Part shown: positions 56,644 to 64,000 of the stretch, piece after piece
Numbering within the stretch: position 1 is the first letter of the stretch
How the letters are laid out: each line of letters begins with the position of its first letter
Assembly: GCA_963668315.1 (NCBI GenBank)
Contig: OY764216.1
Span: 2,272,001 to 2,336,000 of the forward strand
Direction: 5' to 3'
Length of the DNA: 64,000 nt
Source of the DNA: Spirochaetia bacterium
Lineage (GTDB): Bacteria; Spirochaetota; Spirochaetia; DSM-2461
The notes under the pieces: model-generated
What the model was told of the DNA's origin: nothing
The model's input: only the letters and a program-made list of their open reading frames with translations
Database searches by the model: none
Translations under genes and position numbers: made by a program

Positions 56644-59600
56644 GATAATTTCTCCTTTTCTTCTTCCACAGTAGCGGCCAGAGCCATCTCTTTCTTATGG
56701 GCTTTCCGGTTGGCGTTGAGATAGAGAATGGGTACCAGAAAGAGGGTTACGATCGTATTGGATGTAAGTCCTCCGATAACGGTCAGACCCATGGGCTGTA
56801 CCATTTCCGTTCCTTCTCCACCAAAGAAGGACATGGGTACCATGGCCAGGATGGTGGTCAGCGTGGTCATGAGTACGGGCTGCAGACGGCCGGCGGCGGC
56901 ATTCTGACAGGCATCCATGACCGTCTCGCCCCGTTTTCTTCTCAGGTCGATAGCGTCCACGAGGATAATACCGTTGTTAACAACGATACCCAGAAGCATG
57001 ACCACACCCAGAAGGGAAGGCATACTGAGCGGTTCGCCCCTGACCATGTGCATGAAGACAACACCTATGAGCAGCATGGGCATCATGGCCATGATGATGA
57101 AGGGGGATTTGAACGATTCGAACTGGGCCACCATGACGCCCAGTACCAGAAGGGCGGCAAAGAAAAGCACCAGAATCATACCCTGGAGGGTATCCTGCAT
57201 CATTTCAAACTGACCCGCGTTATCAATAGTGATTCCCTCGGGAAGAACAATTCTCTCTGCGATCAGGTCGTTGACCTGGTTCTGAAGGAGGTTCGTGGCC
57301 ACACCGGGTTCCGCGTCGGCTTCGATGGTTACCGTTCTGGCCCTGTCAAGGCGCGTGATGGTTACGGGACTGGTCGTCTCGACGATTTTTCCAAAACTGG
57401 AGAAGGGTATCTTCTCTCCCGTGATGGAGCTTGTCACGAAGATCTTTTCCAGGTCGAGGGAACTGTTCCGGTCCTCTTCGCGCAGCTGGAGAATGACATC
57501 GATCTCTTCTCCGTCCATCTCATAGGTCGTTGCTGTCGTTCCGGCGATCTGGGAGCGGATTTCCGACGCGATGGTGGCCGTATTGAGGCCGAGGTCGAAG
57601 AGTTTCTGTCTGTCCAGAACCAGATCGTACTGGGGCAGGGCCGATTCCTGGTCGCTGCTGACTTCCTGGATTTCGGGAACCTCCTTGCGGATCAGGTCCA
57701 TAATCTCTTCGGATACGCTGTAAAGATCATCCATGTCCTTGCCTTTTACGGTGACGGATACATCCGCTCCGGACATCTGCGCCGCCATGTCGGTGGTGGT
57801 GAAGTTGAACTCCGCATCGGGGAACATATCAAAATACTGACGGAGGATATCCTTGATCTCTTCGTCGGTCATCTCCCTCTCGGCCGCGGGGGGCAGGGCG
57901 ATGGTAATCTGTCCTGAGTAGCTCTGCTCGATACCCATCATACTAACCGAACCGGCGGAAATGGTCAGATTGGTTTTCTCCGGGATGGTCGCATCGACTA
58001 TGGACTGCCACTGGAGCATAACCTGCTCGGTCACTTCCAGGGAGGTTCCCACGGGGAGGTTCACATCAAGGATAATGGATGTTTCACCCGTACCGGGCAT
58101 CATGTTGAGACCGATGCCGGGAATGGCTACGATGGAAAGAACAAGCAGCACGATGGCCAGAATGATAACGATGGCCTTATGTCTGAGACACCAGCCGACA
58201 GCCTTTTTGTAGCCGTTTCTCATGCCGTTCAGTCCGGACTCTATGGAACCGTCCAGCTTTCTGAAAAAAGCGGTCTTGAGGGGTTTCTCCTGTCTTGTTG
58301 TGAAGGGGAATACCTTATAGGCAAGAACGGGAACCAGAATCATAGCGATAACCAGGGAGGAGAGAAGGGCTATGATAATGGTGAACGCCATGTCTCCGAA
58401 CATGATTCCCACGAATTCCAGATCGTCCTTGAACAGCAGGATGGGGAGGAAAACGCAGACGGAAGTCATGATAGAACCGATAAGGGGGCCTATCATCTCC
58501 TGGGTTCCCAGCTCGGCGGCGGTCTTCATCATTACGCCTTTGGACCGGTAGCGGAATATGTTCTCAATGATAACGATAGAGCCGTCCACGATCATACCCA
58601 GGGCCAGTACGAGACCGGTCATGGTGATCATGTTGAAGGACTTGCCCGCGAAGGACATGGCTCCGATGGTAATGAGAAGAGATATGGGGATGGATATGGC
58701 GACGATCAGGGTGGGTTTGAACTGTCTGAGGAAGAATATCAGCACGAGGATGGCAAAAACGATACCGTATACGGCCGAGGAGACCACCTGGCTGAGGGTC
58801 GATTTTACCTGCTCCGATTCGTCGGTGAGAACTTTCAGTTCGCTGCCTTCGGGAAGGTTCTCGTTAAGCTCGGGGAGCATCTCGATAATTTTGTTGGCCA
58901 CGTCGACCATATTTCCCCGGTCCGTCTTATTGACGGCGATCTGTATACCGGGCTGGCCGTTGATGAGAACCATGGTCGTCTGCTCTTCCGAACCGAGGGA
59001 GACATCGGCCACATCCCTGAGGAGGACGTTATGCATCTCGCCGGTCATGGCATTGACGGGAACGACGGCGACAACCGTGTTGGCCAGATCCTCAACAGAA
59101 TTAAACGTACCGTCCGTCTGAAGGGCATAAACCATTTTTCCGTCGTTGATGTCACCGGCTCCGAGCTTCATGTTCTGGGCGCTGAGCATCTGGGAAATCC
59201 CGCTTATGGTCAGGCCGAGGGAATCGAGCTGCTCCTGGTAGATATCCACTTTGACAATCTGGGTGAGACCGCCGGAAAGATCGACCTGGGCTACCCCGTT
59301 CAGTCTTTCGATCCGGGGCTGAATCTCGTCTTCGGCGATTGTCAGGAGTTCTTCCAGGTTCTGCTCTCCCGTCAGGGCCAGGGTGATAAAGGGCTGCATG
59401 TTGGGGTCGAATTCAAAGATGATGGGATTTTCGCAGTCATCGGGGAGGCCCATCTCGGCCATGCTCAGACTGTCTCTCAGGCTGTCCTTTGTCTCGGCCA
59501 TATCCACATCGAATCCGAACTGCATAAGGATCATGGAAACGCTGTTCATGGAGTAGGAGGTGGTGGATTCAAGGCCTGATATGTTGACGATCTGTTCTTC

Positions 59601-59801
59601 GATTACCGATGTCACGTTCTCCTCCACTTCCGTGGGGGAGGCCATGGGGTATGTCGTAAATGTAACCAGAATGGGCATTTCCATCTGGGGTATCAGTTCC
59701 AGCGGAAGCCGGAATGTAAGGCTTAGTCCGGCAATGGCGATGATGGCGAAGGCCACCAGCATCGTCATGGGCCGGGATAATATCCGTTTGGCGAATGTCA
59801 T
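56640..59801 (-). CDS. RND efflux permease (AcrB/SwrC family)
   Basis: 1053 aa; GMIVDGSIVIIENI, GIVVNNGIILVD, RLQPVLMTTLTT. Confidence 0.95.
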   Translation of the reverse strand: MTFAKRILSRPMTMLVAFAIIAIAGLSLTFRLPLELIPQMEMPILVTFTTYPMASPTEVEENVTSVIEEQIVNISGLESTTSYSMNSVSMILMQFGFDVDMAETKDSLRDSLSMAEMGLPDDCENPIIFEFDPNMQPFITLALTGEQNLEELLTIAEDEIQPRIERLNGVAQVDLSGGLTQIVKVDIYQEQLDSLGLTISGISQMLSAQNMKLGAGDINDGKMVYALQTDGTFNSVEDLANTVVAVVPVNAMTGEMHNVLLRDVADVSLGSEEQTTMVLINGQPGIQIAVNKTDRGNMVDVANKIIEMLPELNENLPEGSELKVLTDESEQVKSTLSQVVSSAVYGIVFAILVLIFFLRQFKPTLIVAISIPISLLITIGAMSFAGKSFNMITMTGLVLALGMIVDGSIVIIENIFRYRSKGVMMKTAAELGTQEMIGPLIGSIMTSVCVFLPILLFKDDLEFVGIMFGDMAFTIIIALLSSLVIAMILVPVLAYKVFPFTTRQEKPLKTAFFRKLDGSIESGLNGMRNGYKKAVGWCLRHKAIVIILAIVLLVLSIVAIPGIGLNMMPGTGETSIILDVNLPVGTSLEVTEQVMLQWQSIVDATIPEKTNLTISAGSVSMMGIEQSYSGQITIALPPAAEREMTDEEIKDILRQYFDMFPDAEFNFTTTDMAAQMSGADVSVTVKGKDMDDLYSVSEEIMDLIRKEVPEIQEVSSDQESALPQYDLVLDRQKLFDLGLNTATIASEIRSQIAGTTATTYEMDGEEIDVILQLREEDRNSSLDLEKIFVTSSITGEKIPFSSFGKIVETTSPVTITRLDRARTVTIEADAEPGVATNLLQNQVNDLIAERIVLPEGITIDNAGQFEMMQDTLQGMILVLFFAALLVLGVMVAQFESFKSPFIIMAMMPMLLIGVVFMHMVRGEPLSMPSLLGVVMLLGIVVNNGIILVDAIDLRRKRGETVMDACQNAAAGRLQPVLMTTLTTILAMVPMSFFGGEGTEMVQPMGLTVIGGLTSNTIVTLFLVPILYLNANRKAHKKEMALAATVEEEKEKLS

Positions 59802-60739
59802 GAATTGCCCTCCTCGTCTTCGGTGGCGTTTGTTTTGAAGGAGAGATTATTGACTATGCGGACTTTGCTGCCGTCGGAAAGAAGGGTTTTTCCTTCGGTG
59901 GCGATTTCGTCTCCCTCGCTGAGTCCCGAGAGTATTTCTATAAAACCTGAGCTTTCCTTGCCCGTGGTAACGGAAGTTTTCACCGCTGTCTCACCGTCGA
60001 TAAGGAAGACAAATCTGTCTTCATTGCGGACAATGAGGGCGTTTTCCGGTATGGTGAGGGCGTTGGAGGATGTGGATGTGATAAGCCGGATGGACACGAA
60101 CATACCGGCCCTGACGAAACTATTACCGTCCATCTTCAGTTTGACGGCCATGGTCCGGCTGCTCTGGTTTACCACGGGGGAAAGTTCCGTCACCCGGGCT
60201 TCGAATGTCCTGTCCGAAGCGCTGGAGCTGACAATGGCTTTCTGGCCCTTTTCCACCTGGTTGATGAAACGCTCGGGGACCTGAGTGGTAATTTCAAGTT
60301 CATCCAGCTGTCCGATAGTAGCCACGGCCATCTGCTGGGATACTGTCTGACCCATTTCCATGTTAACCGCCGTGATGGTACCGCTGATGGGCGCCTTGAT
60401 CGGGCTGGAGGCATAATTCATACCGGGCATGGAGGGGTCGATCTGTCCGATGACCTGGTCTTTTCTTACATAATCCCCCAGGCTTACGGGAAGGGAGATG
60501 ATCTTTCCCGCCGCATTGGGATAAACATCAATAGTGCCGGTCGCTTCCACATCGCCGGACAGCACTATGTAACTGGATAACTCCTGGCGGGTCACCAGAG
60601 AGGTCTTTATATTAAATCTTTTATCTACCTGCTCCTGCTCTGCAGTCTCGCCCTTTTTGCCGGGGATGTTTCCGCAGGAAGCCAGTAGCAAACCCAGGGC
60701 CACTGCCCCGGTTACAATCTGTATGGTTTTCTTATTCAT
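59798..60739 (-). CDS. RND periplasmic adaptor (membrane fusion lipoprotein)
   Basis: LLASC lipobox; IKAPISGTI; IEILSGLSEGD. Confidence 0.92.
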   Translation of the reverse strand: MNKKTIQIVTGAVALGLLLASCGNIPGKKGETAEQEQVDKRFNIKTSLVTRQELSSYIVLSGDVEATGTIDVYPNAAGKIISLPVSLGDYVRKDQVIGQIDPSMPGMNYASSPIKAPISGTITAVNMEMGQTVSQQMAVATIGQLDELEITTQVPERFINQVEKGQKAIVSSSASDRTFEARVTELSPVVNQSSRTMAVKLKMDGNSFVRAGMFVSIRLITSTSSNALTIPENALIVRNEDRFVFLIDGETAVKTSVTTGKESSGFIEILSGLSEGDEIATEGKTLLSDGSKVRIVNNLSFKTNATEDEEGNS

Positions 60740-60761
60740 TATCGCTCTCCTTGATTTTCGA

Positions 60762-62063
60762 TTATTCATTGCTTAAATCCCTGTTGACGGCATATTCCAG
60801 ATCAAGCAGGGAAGATATGTAGGTATATTTTTCGCCAAGCAGGTTGCTTTCGGCCTGCAGAAGGTCGTTTTCGGCCTGGGAAAGATCGGTGGCTGTCATC
60901 TGGCCGTTTCTCCACTGCTCCCGGCTCATATCATAGGCTTTCTGGGCCAGAACCACATTGTTTTCCATGACACTGAGGTTCTGTATGGTGGCATCCAGGG
61001 TCATGACGTACTGGCGTATGGTCATTTCCGTTCCTTGGTAGAGGAGTTTTTCCTGGTAATCCAGACTGGCCAGGGTGGCTTCCATATCCTTTACGTCATC
61101 GGAGGCGCCCGAATTGGGAATCCAGTCGTCCAGTGGTATGCTCAGGGTGACAGAGAAGGCTCCGCCGTCATTGTCCTTGAGGGGGCTGTTTCTCCATGTA
61201 TCACCCTCAAAAGCAAAGGGAACGGTGGGATTATAATCCCAGCCGAGAATCAATGAGGGAAGACTCTGGTTTCTCTGGGCCTTGAGCCCGTTTTTCGCCG
61301 TATCCTTGCCGAGGATCATGGACTGGATATCCAGGTTGTCGGAAAGGTAGCGGTTGACCAGCCGGTCCGCATCGAAGGAACGGGCGTTATCCGCCTCTAT
61401 CCCGTCGGTCAGGTTCAGTTCCTGATTCAGGGGCAGCCCCAGATCCATACAGAGGGCCATGCGGAGCTGATCGTAGCTATTTTTAAGGGTGGTGAGCGTC
61501 GGAGTAAGGGAGGAGAGGCCCGATTCGGTCTGCAGGAGATCGAGCTCGGTGATCAGACCGTTGCTGTACATGGCCTGCATGTCCCTGTAGCGCTGTTCCG
61601 TGGTGGCTATATTCTTTTCAACCAGGGCGATATTGGCCTGGAGCTGCACCAGCTGGTAGTAGTATTTTTTGATGCTCTGTGCCAGCTGCTTTTCATCAAT
61701 CTCCCTGTTCAGCTTTTCCGTGCGGAGATTCAGATCCAGAGCCTTGATGCCGTTTCCGATGGCGGGGTTCAGAATAAGCTGGGCGCTTAGGTCGCCTACC
61801 AGTGTCCAGTCATCGTATCCCGTGGCAGGTGAAGGTTTATTTGTTTTGGCAACGGTTGTTGTTAAGCCTATGTCGGGGAGGAACGCATTCCAGCTGTGCC
61901 GGTTGTTCCGGTCCGCCTGGGATACTGTTATGTCCTGAACTTTCAGATTTACATTATTTTCCTTTCCCAGGGCTACCGCCTGATCTATGGAAAGGTCCAT
62001 CGCTTCCGCTCCCAACAGAAAGGCGGAAAGGATAAAAAGGAAAGGAATAGCACGCTTCTTCAT
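60762..62063 (-). CDS. TolC family outer-membrane channel
   Basis: Signal peptide; two OEP repeats (YSNGLITELDLLQ, WRNGQMTATDL); first gene of the RND operon. Confidence 0.9.
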   Translation of the reverse strand: MKKRAIPFLFILSAFLLGAEAMDLSIDQAVALGKENNVNLKVQDITVSQADRNNRHSWNAFLPDIGLTTTVAKTNKPSPATGYDDWTLVGDLSAQLILNPAIGNGIKALDLNLRTEKLNREIDEKQLAQSIKKYYYQLVQLQANIALVEKNIATTEQRYRDMQAMYSNGLITELDLLQTESGLSSLTPTLTTLKNSYDQLRMALCMDLGLPLNQELNLTDGIEADNARSFDADRLVNRYLSDNLDIQSMILGKDTAKNGLKAQRNQSLPSLILGWDYNPTVPFAFEGDTWRNSPLKDNDGGAFSVTLSIPLDDWIPNSGASDDVKDMEATLASLDYQEKLLYQGTEMTIRQYVMTLDATIQNLSVMENNVVLAQKAYDMSREQWRNGQMTATDLSQAENDLLQAESNLLGEKYTYISSLLDLEYAVNRDLSNE

Positions 62064-62198
62064 GAATTTTGTCTCCTTACGGGTGTCCGCCGGTGGGCGG
62101 ATATTAACTCTATAGTCCTAATATAGACTTATCGGGAAGGGAATTCTATTAAAAAGTCACTAAGGGAAGATAAACAAAAAGTTTTAATTTGATTTATT

Positions 62199-62345
62199 GC
62201 GGACAAACAGGGATGGAAGCGGTACCACGCAGGCCCCGGTGAGACGTAGGGCGGCGCGGAGCAAGCCCGTGAGGCGAACCCTGGCCGTCAGGCCGGGGCC
62301 GAGTAGTTCAGCGGACAGCCCGGGCCCCCGGAGGGGGTGTTTGCC
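62199..62345 (-). ncRNA. Structured intergenic element, Flavo-1-like RNA motif or REP-like repeat
   Basis: Plus strand GGGATGGAAGCGG...AGCGGACAGCCCGGGCCCCCGGAGGGGG; nested pairings CAAACA/TGTTTG and GGCCCCGG/CCGGGGCC. Confidence 0.5.
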
Positions 62346-62390
62346 AAAGAAGAAAAAATAGATACAATGGGGGCTTACGGAGGAGTCTTC

Positions 62391-62981
62391 ATGGCGGAAT
62401 GCACGATTTGCGGTAAGGAAACGGAGTGGGAATATACCTGGGTGAAGGCCCGTTATCGGGAGACGGTTTCTGCCGAGCGGGAGGAAAAAATCCCCATTCT
62501 GGGCAGGAACTACCGGGCCGACGAGTCGCCTGAAGTGCGCAAGGTGGGAGAGGTCCGCCACTATTTCGAAAAGGTCGACGAGCTGACCGGGGGGCTGTGC
62601 GCAGAGTGCATGGCCCGGAAACGGAAGGACGACGGTTGGTTCCGGCTACCCTATTTTATCCTGCTGGCCGCGGCCGCGGGGGGAATGATTTTCGGGGGAG
62701 AGCATCCTCTGGTTCATCTGCTGTCCCTTTTTCTGCTTTTTATGACGCTGGTGGGGATCGCGATGCGAGTCGCCCGGTCCGTCAGCCATAACGATCAGAT
62801 CCGCGTGGCCGAGGCGATGGAAGGGTATTTCCTGGACGAGGACAAGGGGGGCGACGGGGTCACCATAACCAAACGGGAATTTCTGTACCGGCCGGTGAAG
62901 AGTCCGGAGCGGTTCGTGCTATTCAGTCCTGCCGAGTGGGAGGAGATGAAGAGTGATGATAAGGGGATTTATTTAGCGTAG
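62391..62981 (+). CDS. Hypothetical membrane protein with two CxxC pairs
   Basis: GGAGG RBS; CTIC...CAEC; two TM helices. Confidence 0.7.
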   Translation: MAECTICGKETEWEYTWVKARYRETVSAEREEKIPILGRNYRADESPEVRKVGEVRHYFEKVDELTGGLCAECMARKRKDDGWFRLPYFILLAAAAGGMIFGGEHPLVHLLSLFLLFMTLVGIAMRVARSVSHNDQIRVAEAMEGYFLDEDKGGDGVTITKREFLYRPVKSPERFVLFSPAEWEEMKSDDKGIYLA

Positions 62982-63011
62982 GAAAGCGGAGAGCAGAAGA
63001 AATAGAAGAGA

Positions 63012-63453
63012 TTTACCACGAAGGGCACGAAACGCACGAATGGTCGGTGTTTACTGATTTGCTGGGTTGACTTGCTATTTTAAGGTAATGTTTTTTTAGC
63101 GGATTTCGTGTATTTCGTGGTTGGGTTTGGGAATTTGACGGTTTCGTCTGATCCCATTGGTATGTTAAGGGTTTACCACGAAGCACGCGAAAGGCACGAA
63201 AGGTCGGGATTTGCTGTTTGGATGGGTTTGGCGGTTAGAGCTATTGTTGCCGTGAGGTTTCTTTTTTAGCGTATTTCGTGTTTTTCGTGGTTGAGTTTGA
63301 GCTTTTAGCTGTTTGATGATTGGTTGTTATTTTACCGCGAAGCACGCGAAAGTCACGAAAGTTGGGGATTTGCTGTCTGAACGGGTCTGGCGGTTAGAGC
63401 TGTAGTTGCCGAGCGATTTTCTTTTTTTAGCGTATTTCGTGATTTTCGTGGTT
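63012..63453. repeat. Tandem array of three long imperfect inverted repeats (63012-63122, 63172-63292, 63331-63453)
   Basis: Left arm TTTACC(A/G)CGAA-nnn-C(A/G)CGAA-nnn-CACGAA; right arm TTAGCG-nnn-TTCGTG-nnn-TTCGTGGTT; period 160 and 159 nt. Confidence 0.92.
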
Positions 63454-63486
63454 GTGCTTGATAATGTGACGGGCAGGGTTTTATTG

Positions 63487-63879
63487 TTATCCCGGCGGAT
63501 CAGTCATAATAACTCTTTCTATTGTAACTTTGGGATAGCTGCCGAAATTAACCAGAAGACCCAGTGAGCAATGGGAAATCTTCAGGTAGTTCATTAGTTG
63601 TGCTTTATCTCTTGATGACATGATCTTTTCTGATTTAATTTCCACAATAATTTTCCCATAGCAGATAAAATCACTGATGAAATGATGCTTAAGCACACCG
63701 TTTTTGTATTTTATATACATCTTATGCTGCGGTAGAAAAGGGATACTTCTCTCTGCTAATTCTTTTTCCAGGGCTTCCTGATATACTGATTCAAGAAAAC
63801 CATGGCCAAGCTGGTAATATACTTCATAAATAGCACCTTGAATGGCATAGACTTCTTGTTTGAATAGTAACTTTTCCAT
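63487..63879 (-). CDS. GxxExxY protein (PD-(D/E)XK nuclease-like)
   Basis: LGHGFLESVYQEAL, SDF...IIVEIKS, AQLMNYLK and GLLVNFG motifs; GGGGAG RBS. Confidence 0.93.
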   Translation of the reverse strand: MEKLLFKQEVYAIQGAIYEVYYQLGHGFLESVYQEALEKELAERSIPFLPQHKMYIKYKNGVLKHHFISDFICYGKIIVEIKSEKIMSSRDKAQLMNYLKISHCSLGLLVNFGSYPKVTIERVIMTDPPG

Positions 63880-63952
63880 TTGGTCTCCCCCAGTATAAGA
63901 GATGGGAAATTACCAAAATAATCATCTCTGACAGTATTATGGTAGGAAAAAT

Positions 63953-63981
63953 CACCGAGAAGCACGCGTATTTCGTGGTTG
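63953..63981. repeat. Collapsed fourth copy of the hairpin repeat upstream of the GxxExxY gene
   Basis: ACCGAGAAGCACGCG joined directly to (GCG)TATTTCGTGGTTG. Confidence 0.7.
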
Positions 63982-64000
63982 TTCATGAATATCTGACGGG

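Noticed and set aside
56697..59579. 406-aa and 466-aa plus-strand ORFs
   Set aside because: Antisense shadows of the RND permease.
63012..63453. CRISPR array
   Set aside because: Units are 111-123-nt inverted repeats with related, non-unique loops and degenerate arms; no cas genes and no constant 23-47-nt direct repeat.
63756..63986. 76-aa ORF MNNHEIRV...
   Set aside because: Starts inside the repeat arm and overlaps the GxxExxY gene out of frame; probably an artefact of the repeat.

Overview
A 64 kb core-chromosome segment, probably from a free-living spirochaete (Spirochaetaceae-like; inferred from gene blocks such as rpsT-HU-bactofilin-cinA-rho-rpmE and galK-like-surE-TPR-NHL). Most genes are housekeeping or envelope genes: purU, rluA-like, rlmKL, proB, dus, ftsK, rho, a two-component system and an RND efflux operon. 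No rRNA, tRNA, CRISPR array or transposase is visible. Notable items: (1) at the right edge, a GxxExxY PD-(D/E)XK-like nuclease gene next to three ~160-nt-period long hairpins built from 9-nt-spaced CACGAA/TTCGTG motifs, plus a collapsed fourth copy on the gene's other side, suggesting a nuclease-associated repeat or cassette system; (2) a monocistronic bacterial histone gene; (3) a 4,944-aa secreted repeat protein with a T9SS-CTD-like FlgD-Ig tail; (4) an unannotated 56-aa zinc-ribbon ORF heading the rpsT operon; (5) a catalytically degenerate GalK homologue; (6) Rho with a poly-Asn disordered insert; (7) two Flavo-1-like structured elements; (8) several apparently leaderless genes. All family assignments come from motif recognition by eye, not database searches.
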